Shown: positions 36,323 to 48,045, counted from the whole stretch's first letter. The stretch: 63,837 nt of DNA, filler included, from Olpidium bornovanus S191 (GCA_017911155.1; 26 parts of 26 records of this genome joined end to end with filler, not necessarily neighbours in it); one strand, 5' to 3'. The notes: generated by a model not told the origin, from the letters alone. Numbers and translations: made by a program.

Positions 36323-37152
36323 TCTTTGATGTTCTCCGCGGAAGGGGGGACGGAGTGTGCACACAAGTTGCAGAAAAGCATGTGCTTTTGAATCACGGAA
36401 ATCCTCCTCCTGTTTTTTTGCCAGCAACGCGGAGCGTGAAAGTAACAATATTTTTCGTTGCGGGGTGGCACAGGTGCAGACTTGAGACGACATACGCGGG
36501 GGGGGGGGCGAAGTTAGGCCATATTTCATGTGTTCGCAAAAGTAATTTCCCCTGGGTTTGCTTTCCCCGGCTTATGGTGTGACTGGCTTCCTGCCGCAAC
36601 ATTGCGCTAGCACGCTTCAAACACGTCAGCAGATGTGCACCTGTGGGATGCGTATATGACCTCCATTTTGCTGAACTTCCTGATGGCGGTCATGCTGTTA
36701 TGACATTGTGGCCTTCTACTTGCGGAATAATCTGAACAGTTATACGGACCTCTCAGGAACATATTCTGTAGCACCGTTAAATCTATGTGATCCACATGGT
36801 GTTGGACGTGGTGACATCAACTCCATGAGCAGATGTCCTCATATCACGCTACCACGTTGATAAAGCCTGTCAAGTCAGATGGTGTCTGTAGCTATGTAAT
36901 TCTCTGCGTTACGTGTGATCGCGTCAATATCTCGGCGAGACATGACAGGCCCCATGCGAGTGTCGCGTCTTGGAGAACCGTCCCCGCCGTCCGCCCTTGC
37001 ACCCGCTGGAAACATACTCGCATTCATCGTCAGAAAAAAGCGACAAAATCACAACCGGGAAAATCCCCTTACATGATGCAGGAACTACGTGACAGAACGC
37101 ACAGCGGACGATGTGGTCTCTACGGGCCGGCATCAATCGCCCAACCATGGCC

Positions 37153-38718
37153 CTAGTCCCAATCTTTGGCGCTTTTGAATCCCTCCAGCGCCAGCGCCTC
37201 AAGGGTCATGCTCGTGCCCATGATCTCCACGTCATCCTCGTCGTCCTCCGTGTATGTCTCCTCCTCGTTCGTCTCGGTCGCGCCGCTGCCGCCAAACTGC
37301 TCAGCCAGCTGGGACTTCGCCGCGCTGCCCACCTGCCCTTGGGCGGCCACACCGGATTCGGCGCCGGCTGTACCGCGCTGCGCGCTCGCTGCTCCTCCGA
37401 CTAGTGGAAGGGTCGATGCGCTGGGCGAACTCAACGGGGCCGCCTTGGACTTTTCCCCAAGCAAGTCTGGGCGTGCGGCGGTTCCGGGGAAGGACTGATT
37501 TGTCAGGAATCCTCCGATCGAGCGGGGTTCACGAAGTAACAATAAAGCGGCGAAGGCACGCGACTCCGCTCTCTCTTACCGCTGACCCTTTTCCGATACT
37601 CGCCCATCATCATTTCGGCTTTCATCCCTTCTCGGTCCCGGCGGTCCCGGTCATCGCGTGCGCTGTCTATGCCGCCGTTGCCGAACGCGTCAGCTCGCTC
37701 GGCAACGTGAGTCAGGTTGGCAAACCGCAGGTGCTTCGTGTTCAGTGTCGGGTGCTTTTTGCCGAACCCGGTGGCGCTGCCACCCCATAGCCACTTGGGA
37801 AGCCGCTGCGGCAAATCGAGCTCGGCGGTAAACTTTTCCACGAACGCAAACTCTTCTTGGAGGATATGTCCACCGCCGACGTATCTGCAAGCCGGTGCGG
37901 GTCAGGGGGACGTAAGCGCGGGATCTCGTCAGCGCACGAAATAAAAAAAAAACCAAAAACGAACAGATCCCGACGTGCCGCAATTCGAATACGTCCGCTT
38001 TTCTGCGCTCGAAACGCTAACGGACCTCAGAAACTCGCTGACGGCGGCAGGTATCGCCCACATCTGAAGCTTCCTGAGGCACATGATCAGGACTCCCGTC
38101 ACGTTCGCCCCGTCCAGGCAGTGGACGTACAACGGGGCGTTCTCCGGGTCGATGACGATCTGGAGCGCCTGCGCGACCTTGGTGTATGTCCAAGGCACAT
38201 TCTCTTTCGCCTTTTCGATGCGCAGGGTGATGTGGTTGATGCCGCCGTCGGCACAGTACTTGACCAGCTCTGGACGAGGAGAGTCCGGTATCAAGGAGAG
38301 CACGGTTTTGAGTTTTAGCCTTTCCGACAACGAATTCCGCCGGGCATTGATGTTGTCCCGGATATAGGTTGGTCCAGGGGAACAGCTCCGCGTTAGCCTT
38401 GCGATCCCCCCAACCGGCGGGGGAATTTACAAAACGGCTTCCTGTTTCGTCAATCTCACTTTTTTTGTTTTCAGTCGGCGTTTTTTCGGCAACTGGCGTG
38501 CCCTTACGTTCTTACCCTCCACCGGCCAGTGCCACGGCGGACACCAGACCGGGACACGCACATCTGCGAGCTCCGCGCGCGCCCGCTGGAGAAAGCCCGC
38601 CTCCGCCGTTCGCCGATATGCAGGGAGGGAAGGGCTCGCTTACCGTTTCAGGAACCTCCAGTTCCGCTGCTTCGGGTACGCGCCGCGGTTCACGCCCTGC
38701 TCGACGGGCGCGAAGCGG
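37153..38718 (-). CDS. OCA6: Siw14/OCA-family tyrosine-phosphatase-like protein, OCA6 type (5' truncated)
   Basis: RFAPVEQGVNRGAYPKQRNWRFLKR|LKLKTVLSLIP, LYVHCLDGANVTGVLIMCLRKLQMW, LPKWLWGG..HPTL and C-terminal SMTLEALALEG. Confidence 0.8.
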
Positions 38719-38818
38719 NNNNNNNNNNNNNNNNNNNNNNNNNNNNNNNNNNNNNNNNNNNNTTAATTAATTAANNNNNNNNNNNNNNNNNNNNNNNNNN
38801 NNNNNNNNNNNNNNNNNN

Positions 38819-39404
38819 AGGTCCTTCAGCCGGTTAGCCATGATTGTCTTCTCCTCCTGGAGTGCGGCTATTTGCTTTTGCAGGGCTGTGACTTTGTCCT
38901 TTGTAAGTGCCTCTTCTCTGTGGCGTCGAGCTTGTTCTCATCGAAGGAGAACCGAGTCCACAATTTTTTGTGACCGGGCGGACAGTCTGGACTGTTGTGA
39001 CGACGCGTGCGAGGTGACAGAGAGTTCGGAACCTCGCGAGTTACTTCGCAGTTCTGACTTGCTCGTCGCGTTTTGGCGTGTCCTCCCTCGTTGGTCCGCT
39101 GGGGTGTCGTACTCTCTCAGGGTTTGTCTCCACTTCTTTACTTCCATGGTTGAAGGAGAGTTCAGTGGCGTTGTGCTCCTTTTCTCCTCCATGGTTGGTT
39201 TGGGCGCCGACGGACAGCGGGTCTTTGGACGTTTGCCGACGGACGGCGTTTTTTTTTTTGTTTTTTTTTGTGGACGTTTGCCGACGGACGGCGGGTATTT
39301 TGGACGTTTGCCGACGGACGGCGGGTCTTTTTGGACGTTTGCCGACGGACGGCGGGTCTTTGATTCAACGGCTGAACGGGGAGTCCATGTTTGGGCTCAT
39401 AACC
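38819..39404 (-). mobile_element. 5' internal region of a copia-type element: PBS, repeat-containing leader and interrupted first ORF
   Basis: PBS GGTTATGAGCCC (39404-39393). ORF from 39192 (MEEKRSTT..) has an in-frame TGA at 38940-38938 and continues as a coiled-coil-like frame to the contig edge. Confidence 0.6.
39227..39354. repeat. Four copies of a 22-bp motif separated by short T-rich linkers
   Basis: GGACGTTTGCCGACGGACGGCG at 39227, 39272, 39302 and 39333, plus a partial copy near 39206. Confidence 0.92.
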
Positions 39405-39551
39405 TGTTGAATTCGGGTTCGAAGGAGCTCCGAAGAGCGTCTGTATTCTGCCGGTCTACCCGGTTTTATGGAGAGGATTCCAGGGGTAAATTCAGGGGCG
39501 TCGGGGCGTGATGTGCGCAGTGCACCTCGTTCCCCCCCTTTTTTTCCAACA
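39405..39551 (-). mobile_element. Ty1/copia 5' LTR, 147 bp
   Basis: TGTTG..CAACA termini, with the PBS directly adjacent. Confidence 0.7.
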
Positions 39552-39867
39552 GGAGGGGGGAGGGGGGGGGCAGTCCAAATCCGGCGGCGGGCGTTGGCCG
39601 GGGCCGGGCAGGATTGGGATACCCGCCCTTGACGGTTTACTGGCGAGTCCGGATTTGACCGGGGGCAAAGTGGCTTATCGCGTGGAGGTAACACTCCGTG
39701 TACGGGGCGCGGCCCTCTGTTAAGCGCGGAGCCGGAGCATCCACCACGGCCATCAGCAGGGCGTCCGTCGGCAGCGTCGCCGCGGCCAGCTTGTCCTGGG
39801 AGCGAGGGCGAGACGGTGGGGGGGGGGGGGGGGGGGCGGGGGGGGGGGGGGGTGGGGGGGGGGGGAA

Positions 39868-39911
<44 letters not shown>

Positions 39912-40047
39912 GGGGAGGGCCGGCAGGCGGTCGCCATGGCGACGGGCNNNNNNNNNNNNNNNNNNNNNNNNNNNNNNNNNNNNNNNNNNNNTTAATTAAT
40001 TAANNNNNNNNNNNNNNNNNNNNNNNNNNNNNNNNNNNNNNNNNNNN

Positions 40048-40081
<34 letters not shown>

Positions 40082-40093
40082 CCGTTCCCCGGT

Positions 40094-42969
40094 TTGGATC
40101 TTCGATGGCGTGCCGAAGCGTTGTCGAGCCGGTCCGAGGATCTTTACTTGCGGCAATGCGTCAACCTGGGCGCGGTCGACGTGCTTGTGCGGCCCCTGGA
40201 GAGTCAAGTTGTCAAGACGCTGTGGCTTGTGAGGAACCCCCCACCCCCTTCCGGGCGCTTGGGACCGGCGGATCGTGCGAGGCGGGTCCGTCTGACCTCC
40301 GTCGTTTCTGGCCCAGAGCGTGCTGCGGTATCGACGGAGAGAATTCTCGCCCGGATCAATCCGAAGCCTGCAGGCCCGCCCGGCCGTGCGCGAATCGTCG
40401 GATCCCGAGCAGGCGGAAATTTACTCCTCGGCCGCTCCGGCCCCCGTTCCGGCCAAGCTGATGGAGAGAATCTCGGAACTGCATTCCCGCACCGCGCACG
40501 TGACGTCGCTGTTCGTGGGTGGAGAGGTTGCCTCGGGCGCCGCCGGCGGGCGCTCTGCGGCCCGGAGGTCGCTGCCTGCGCTCGGTCCGTGTCCGACTCG
40601 TCTTGCTTTCGCGGAACTGCCGCCGGAATTCTTGGTTTCCGAGAAGACCCGGTTGCTTCGTCTGCTTCGGCAGTGGGACTTCAATCCCCGCGACCTGGCC
40701 GACGAATCCGAAGTGGTGCGCTGCGTCGCTCTGGTTTTGGAACACGCTGCCGAAGCCTGCGGAGGTCTAGAAGCGGTCGGCGTGGGTCGCAGTAAGCGGA
40801 CTCGTTTTCAAATATCTCCCGTCGCCCTCGTCGCGGTCTTCCCCGCGCTCCTGACGTCCGCTCCCGACCGGGCTTCCGTTCGACGTCGCGTTGTTTTTCT
40901 TTTTGGTTTGTTTTCCAGGTGACCTGCACCGGTTCATCGTCGCCGTCCGGTCCGCGTACTACGCGGACAACCCCTACCACAACTTCCACCACGGCGTCGA
41001 CGTGATGCAGGCCGTGTACGTTTTCCTTCTGCGGATGGGAATTCTCGAGCCGCGCGCGGCGGGCGCCGGAAACGAGCACGTCGAGCGTGCGCCGCTCTCG
41101 GTCCCCCCGCCGATGCTGCTTCCGCACGAAGCTTTCGCCCTCCTGGTCGCCGCCCTGTGCCACGACCTCGGTCACCCCGGCGTCAACAACGCGTACATGG
41201 TCTCTTCCAAATCTTCGCTGGCCGAGCTCTACAACGACAGCTCGGTGCTGGAGAACTTCCACGCCGCCGGCCTCTTCGCCCTCATGCGGCGCGAGGACGT
41301 CCGGTTTTTCCCAAACGCCGCGGGCCGCGGCGAGGCTCCCGCCTCCGAACTTTACAATGACTTCCGCCGCATCGTCACCACCTCCATCCTCGCCACGGAC
41401 ATGGCGCGCCACGCGGAGTACGTCGCCAAACTCGATCAGCACCGAAGCAAGTTCCGATTTCCAAAGTGCCGCGCGACGGCGCCACAGGATGTGCTTAACT
41501 CGGACGAGAAGGCCCTCCTGGCCGGCGTGTTGATGAAGTGCGCGGACATCTCGAACCCCTGCCGACCGTTTCCCGTCGCCGTGTCGTGGTCCACGGCGCT
41601 GCTGGAGGAGTTTCAGGTTCAGTCTCGCGTTTACGACCACGTCCGCAAGCCGGGGACCGCTCGGGCGCAAACCGGGGAAGCCTCCCCGCCGGCCGTCGGC
41701 GACGCGCAGGGGCCGACAATCGACGACCGTCTCTGCAGCGAAGAGGACCTCATCGCGTCGGTCGTCAGCGCAGACAACGACGTGGGCCGCCCGTCGGAGG
41801 TTTCGCTCCCCGGAGCCGGCCCCGCGCCCGTCAGCGAGCAAGCCGCGGGTCAGATAGCCTTCATCGACAATTTCTGCCGCCCGCTCTTTGAATGCGCCGT
41901 CGGCCGCGACTCCGGAGCGTCCCCGGCGTCCGGGGAAGACCTCGTCGGCCTGGCGGAGCTCGAATTCTGCCTCCGGACGTTGGAAGAGAACAGGGAGGAG
42001 TGGGTCCGACGCCTGGGCGAGGGTGTCGCTCAGGGCGACCGCTCGGAAAGCGTCGACGGCGGACGCGCCGTGCCGCCAGGCGGCGGAATCGCTCGCGTCT
42101 CGGACGGCATCGCCCGAACCGCGGCAGGTGCGGCAGGTGCGTGTCGGGATGCTTCGGGTGACCGGCCGCTGTCGGAGGACTCTCGTTCGGCGCACGCCGA
42201 GGGGCGGAGCGCTGGGATGAGAACGTCGCCCGCGCGCGACGGCGGCGAGCCGAGCGCGCCGTCCGTGATCACGAGCGGAATCCAGTCCTTCGGCCGCGAC
42301 CCGTCTCCGCCACCGCGCGCAGCGGCCGGCGACCACCCGGCGGCTCCGGAGTTCTCCGCCGCCGCGCGTCGTCGGCACCACCCCCACCCCCACCACCACC
42401 ACCTCCTCCTCCTCCTCCCACCGAAGGGCAACCGCGTCTGCCCGAGTTTCGACCACGACGCCTGCAAGCCGGCGCCGGCCCACGACCGCTCGCACAAGAG
42501 GAGGGTCTCCCTCCCGCAGCTGCCGCCTTTCCGGGCGGGGGCGGCGGCGGGGGCGGCGGCCGGGCTCGGCGACATCAGCGAAGAAGAGCGGGAGTGGACG
42601 CCGCGTTCGGGCGGCGGCGGCGGCGGCTTGCGGCGCCCCGCGGCGGAAGAAGACCTGCCGCATCAGCAGAGGAAGCACGGCGCCGGCCTGTGGGCCTACC
42701 TCCGCAAGGTGTGCGGCCGGCCGCCGCCGCCGCCGCCGCCGCCGCCGCACCAGGATCAGGACAGGCACCGGCGGCCCCACCTGCTGCTCCTTCCGACTTC
42801 CGCGCGCTGCGTCGACGGCGCCCTCGAACGGACCGCGGGGCGCCACGTCGCCCGCTTCGGCGCGAACAACCGGGGCACCCCGGAGGCGGCGGCTGCTGCG
42901 CTCCAGCGGCGGCGGAAGAGCGTGCCCGCCGACTGGAAGGTGGCGCACCGGGAGATCGTGGCCGTGTGA
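40094..42969 (+). CDS. PDE2: Class I 3',5'-cyclic nucleotide phosphodiesterase (fungal PDE2-like) with an N-terminal receiver-like remnant (5' truncated)
   Basis: NPYHNFHHGVDV, AALCHDLGHPGVNN, LYNDSSVLENFH, ILATDMARH, LMKCADISNP and GQIAFID. An upstream exon encodes RQCVNLGAVDVLVRPL. Confidence 0.92.
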
Positions 42970-43294
42970 CCCGGAGAGAAGCTGGTTCTCCTTTGTTCTC
43001 ATCCCCCCCCCCTCCCCTCCTCTCCTCCTCCTCCTCCTTTCCTTCCCCTCCTCCCCCCGCCCCTCCCACCCGGACATCGGGAAGCATCTGATAGACGATT
43101 ATTTTTTTTTTGTACAGTTCTCATGCTTTTTATTTTCTTTTTTTTTCTTTTACATTTCTTCACACCCTCAACCGCGCATTACCCACGAAAAAAANNNNNN
43201 NNNNNNNNNNNNNNNNNNNNNNNNNNNNNNNNNNNNNNTTAATTAATTAANNNNNNNNNNNNNNNNNNNNNNNNNNNNNNNNNNNNNNNNNNNN

Positions 43295-44554
43295 CATGAT
43301 CCCGGCGATGAAGGCGCTTGCAGACTTCCCCGCCGCCACGGCCACCGCGGAGCAGGTCAGCGCCCTTAAACAGCACATCGATTACAGCCTGGTGTACAGG
43401 GCGGGGGCTCTTGAATACCTCGCCGCCCACTGGGACGGCGCTTGGCAAAGCGCAAGCAATTACCTCCTCGCGGCCGGTGCGTATCCCCTCGTGCAGTCCC
43501 GCGCGCCGGCGCGGCATCGGCAGGCGTGACAGTTCCGTGGAATAACCCCTCCCGCCCCCGTTTCCGCCAGTCAAAAGCCAGTGGTTTGTCGTTTCTTCCG
43601 ACTTCGGTGAGAGTTTGCAGCGAACCCGCCGCTGCTCGTCGATGCTGTAACGCGCTCTGAAAAATCGGGACAGCCGCGCTCATTCTCCCCCTCCTTCCTC
43701 CGCACCCACACACCGCGCCGGGCCCCCCCGGCTTGCCTCCGCAGATTTCACGCTTGGCACGCTCATATCCCTGACGAACGGCTCCATCAACGCGACGCTG
43801 GACGGCTGGGCCTTCGGGTCCCAGCGCGCCGGGGGCGGCGAGCGGCCGCTTTTCGAGAAGCCGCTGCAGAACCCGCAGATGCGCGGCGAGTTCCTGGACG
43901 TGGGCAAAACCATCGTCCAGGGCGTCTTCCACGAGCAGGGCGTGCGCTCCCGGCTGCAGTCGCTGCACGAGTTCCTGCGCGCGGATTTCGCCGACGACGC
44001 GAACCCCGAGCTCAACCCCATCCTCTCGACGGGGAAGAATTTCAACTGGACCGTCGAGCACTTCGACGCCAGTTGGGACAAGGGCGCGAATGCGGCCAAC
44101 TTAAAGTGAGTGCCGCACTTCCCTGCCCCGTTCCCCTTTCTTCCCCCGGACCACCAACCCACGCGTTGGAACTTGCTTCGTGGAGGCCGCCGGTGTTTTT
44201 CCCGGGAGCCGCCGCTCCCCGGGAGCTTCTCACGACTAACCTGATTCCGATTCCACCCGCGGGCTCGATCGCACCAGCTGCGACGGCTGGGACTGCGAGT
44301 ACGGCATCGTCTCTTACATCGCCGCGAAAAGCGAGGCGGTTGCCGGCCTGTACGGCTTCACGTTCGCGGACACCTACGTCCCGCCGAAGGACGGCGAATG
44401 GTACGGGGGGCAATCCGCCCAGGCGATCCAAGGCGGGGCCAGCGCGGCGAGCGTGTCCGCCGATTCGGCGGGGACCGCCGTCTTCAGCCTCGCTCGGCGA
44501 GCGAGGTGGCTCCTGCCCGTCACCGCGGCGATCAGCGCGCGCTTCGCGGTGTGA
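43295..44554 (+). CDS. cotH: CotH-family protein (atypical kinase fold), C-terminal half with a GPI-like tail (5' truncated)
   Basis: Exons to 43476, 43571-43606, 43745-44105 and 44278-44554 splice in phase. They give EYLAAHWDGAWQSASNYLL..QWFVVSSDFDFTLG..RPLFEK..RSRLQSLHEFL..NWTVEHF..YGIVSYIAAKSEAVA..SADSAG plus a hydrophobic end. Confidence 0.8.
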
Positions 44555-44618
44555 ACGCGTAACACGCAGAGGCGGCGCTCCGGCCTGAGACAATTTTTTT
44601 TTTAATCCACGTCTGAAC

Positions 44619-45160
44619 AAAACCGAACGCTGCGCTTTTTTTTTTCTCTACTTCCCATTCCGAGTTTCGGCGGCCCCGGTGCTTTTTTTTTCTTTCTTCC
44701 CTGCCGTCCGAAATTGTACTTCCAATTCCGGGTTTCGGCGGCCCCGGGGACGATTTCTTTCTTTCGTTCAAAAACCGAACGCTGCGCTTTTTTTTCTTTC
44801 TTCCCTGCCGTCCGAAATTCTACTTCCGATTCTGGGTTTCGGCGGCCCCGAGGACAATTTCTTTTCTTCGTTCAGGCTTTCCTGTCTCCTCCCTTTTGAG
44901 TTGTTTTGATTTATATTCAACGTAGCCTTTGGTATCTTTCTCCGGCATCCTCCTCCCTTTTGAGTTATATTCACATATTTTTCTCGTAACGTAGCCTTTG
45001 GTATCTTTCTCCGGCATCCGGCATCCTCCTCCCTTTTGAGTTATATTCACATATTTTTCTCGTAACGTAGCCTTTGGTATCTTTCTCCGGCATCCATCTC
45101 CTTTCTCCTGCTTGCGGCATCACATACGGCATCACATAACTCCTTTCTCCTGCTTGCGGC
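44619..45160. repeat. Cluster of nested imperfect tandem repeats
   Basis: TTTCGGCGGCCCCG x3 (44666, 44734, 44837); AAAACCGAACGCTGCGCTTTT x2; GTAGCCTTTGGTATCTTTCTCCGGCATCC x3 (about 44922, 44991, 45067); CTCCTTTCTCCTGCTTGCGGCATCACATA x2. Confidence 0.85.
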
Positions 45161-45429
45161 ATCACATATCCCCTGCAGACCCCGGACCCGCATTCCCCTC
45201 CACAGCTCCACGTAGCAAAAGGCACGTCTTCCCCCCCCCCCCCCCCCCCCCCCCCCTTTTTTTTTTTTTTTTTTTGTTTTTTCCCTCTTTCCCTCCCTCC
45301 CCGCCCGCGCACACCCCACCCACAAACACNNNNNNNNNNNNNNNNNNNNNNNNNNNNNNNNNNNNNNNNNNNNTTAATTAATTAANNNNNNNNNNNNNNN
45401 NNNNNNNNNNNNNNNNNNNNNNNNNNNNN

Positions 45430-46785
45430 CATGCAAGCTCCAAGACGGGCTCGTCCTCCTCGGGATCAAATGCGTCGCCGGTCGGATTGACTTGCGGTGG
45501 TATTGTGCGAAACAGATTCGTCGAAAACTTTCAACAGCGTGACATTGGTTCACTTCATACGTTTAGCTTTGGAAAAATCAAAACCGAAACGCGATTCCGC
45601 TTAAAATGAATTTCACACGACACATCGGCGTACGGTCAACGTACCATTGTAATGACCTCCGGATATATCGGCTCCGTGATCACTCCCCGGTTGTTGGTGA
45701 TGTACTCAACCATCTCCGTGAGCGCCATTCGCTTTATCTCCTTGCCCTTGAGGTCAGAAAGCGCGTCGTTGAAGTCAAATATCACGGAGCACTGAGCAAG
45801 TTTTTTCAGGCAGAGGTCCTGGCGTTCAGTTGCCGGGACATCTGAAAACTCATTGACGGGAATTGACGTGGTTAGCTCGCTCGGGCCATTTCGCAGGGGC
45901 GGAGATCAAACGCGTAGTGCGTGGCAGCAGGTTCACCTTTGAAACTGGGTAGCTTTTCTAGCTCAACCCTCTCCGTGACGTGGAACCTTGACGAGCGTTG
46001 TCTTCTTGGGGACTTGCTAATTGGTATGACATCCTTTGGGGCGTTCCTGAGCCTGTTGATTGGCCCGCTCCTGGGCATCTCCTTGGCATCCGTGGTTTTC
46101 AGCGGGTTTGCTGCCTGGCCGACGGCTACCGCAGAGAGCGGTCCTGCCGCCGCCGCGGTGGAGCAGTGCGATGCCGCTTGAGGGGTTGCTGCGGATATAA
46201 CAGTGGCCTGCGCCGCGGGAGCCGGAGCTGACACCGGGACGGACCCGGGCTTAACAGCCAACAGCGGGTTCCGACCACGCCAAAACGAACCGTACGGAAA
46301 GCCAAACACGTGAAACAACATGGCCGAAGCGTCAGGCAGAATCATTCCTGGTAACTTTTTGGCCAACCTCCTCAAACTCAAATATTTTGAAAATAGTTGA
46401 GATCAGAATAAAATCCGCAGATCGGCTCACCTCTTCCTTCTTTAGGTGCCTCGAATGGTTGTCCGCTCTGACCCCGGGATCCTCCTTTGCTTTCTCCTTC
46501 GTTGGCGACGGTGATTTTCCGGCGCTTCCGCCCTTAAGCGGGCTGGTGGTAACGCCTCCTCCCCCTCCAGTATGACTGGCCGCCCCCGGCGCTGAGCTGC
46601 CCCCGCTTCCACTGCTGCTCGTGTCAGGCGAGCTTTTGTTTCTGGAAAGCTGGTCCACGAGCCAAAATCAGAAACGAATGCAGTCGACAGTTGTGTGCTG
46701 CGGACGGAGAAAGTCGAAATGACGACGGCAGACGGACGTCGACAAGCATGTTCCCGCTTACGACTTTGTTCTTCAGCCCTTTCAT
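45430..46785 (-). CDS. RTS1: PP2A regulatory subunit B56/B' (3' truncated)
   Basis: MKGLKNKV|LDQLSR.., [49 protein letters not shown] and [22 protein letters not shown]. Confidence 0.95.
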
Positions 46786-47778
46786 CGTCGGGCAAGAAAT
46801 GTGTGGAAACTGCAAGCGGTGCTTTCACGTAGTTCTTGCCCTTGCCCAACGTTTGAGCCACACCTCTTAGAACCGAGATGGCGGCCCGGGACGACGGGGA
46901 GTGACCAGGGAATTTTGCGGGTTGGGGGTGAACGGTGGCGCAGACATAGATTACGTAGCACCACCGGGAGGGGCGGGCCTTCGTCAGCGTTTAATCGTTC
47001 TGGCTTTCCAATCGGTGTCGCCGGGCGACGGCTCCAAGCGCAGCCCGGAATGCGTTTGAGCGGTAGGGAAAACGGGGAGGGAGGGTGGCTGGTGTCTTCC
47101 CAAATACGAAGAAGGACGGGGTGGGGTGCAGGCGGCAGGGCGGGCCGGGAGAGCGGGGCGGAGCGAGCGGCGGGGGAGCGGTAAGGGATGGGCCGGGCGG
47201 ACGGGGGAACCGGGAGGCAGAGCGGAGGAAAGGAAAGCGGGCCGGCGAGGAGAGGGAACTTACCAGCTGACGAGTTTCCCTCCCTGCGCCACCCGTCCGT
47301 CGCGTGTGCGTCGTAGATATCGCCGGTGTTCGCAGGGTGCGAGCATCCGTGTCGGAGTTCGTTCCGGGGAGGGCGTGCGGGGGTGGGGGGTTTGGCGGGT
47401 GCCGGCGGGGAGTAACATTGTGATGGCAAAGTCACTCTCGCATGCACGGTCGGCGAGCGCCGCTCAAGTCTCAGTGATCACTGCTCACAGCAGTACAGAG
47501 GCTGGGGGGGGGGCGGTGATCGCAGCGTCCAACTTTGCCGAGAACCGACCTGGGTGCGCCNNNNNNNNNNNNNNNNNNNNNNNNNNNNNNNNNNNNNNNN
47601 NNNNTTAATTAATTAANNNNNNNNNNNNNNNNNNNNNNNNNNNNNNNNNNNNNNNNNNNNCTCCCCCCCCCCCCCCCCCCCCTTTTTTTTCCTCGGTTTT
47701 TCTCGCTCGGCGTTAACCCTCCCGAAAAGGGACATCGCGGCGCGCAAAGAGCACGCGCGCCGCTCCAAGCTCCGGCGG

Positions 47779-48045
47779 ATGCGGAGGTTGTACGGGTTTC
47801 TGGATCCGAGCGACGCCGCCCGGCAGGCGGCGGCTCCGTCCCGCGCGAGCCGGTCTCCGGCTGGCGGGGCCGCCGCGGCCGATTCCGAGATCGACGACGA
47901 GTTCGGCGAGCTGCTCCAGTGGACGGCCGACCTCTCTGTCGAGGACCTGGACAACGACGACCCCCACCGCGGCCGCGGCCGCGACGTCGCGGGCTCTGAG
48001 ACGGCGGGCGAAAAGGCGACGCCTTCCGCCTTGCCGGAAAAATGA
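47779..48045 (+). CDS. Possible terminal exon of a hypothetical protein
   Basis: Open frame containing DSEIDDEFGELLQWTADLSVEDL, flanked by low-quality sequence. Confidence 0.2.
   Translation: MRRLYGFLDPSDAARQAAAPSRASRSPAGGAAAADSEIDDEFGELLQWTADLSVEDLDNDDPHRGRGRDVAGSETAGEKATPSALPEK

Noticed and set aside
39227-39354. 22-bp repeats as a CRISPR array
   Set aside because: The spacers are only 8-23 bp and T-rich, there are no cas genes, and the context is a eukaryotic retroelement leader.
40681-43077. 798-aa minus-strand ORF, and similar long antisense ORFs over PPIL4, BUB1, RNA14 and the permease
   Set aside because: These are shadows of GC-rich coding sequence on the opposite strand. They are Arg/Gly/Ala-rich and have no motifs.
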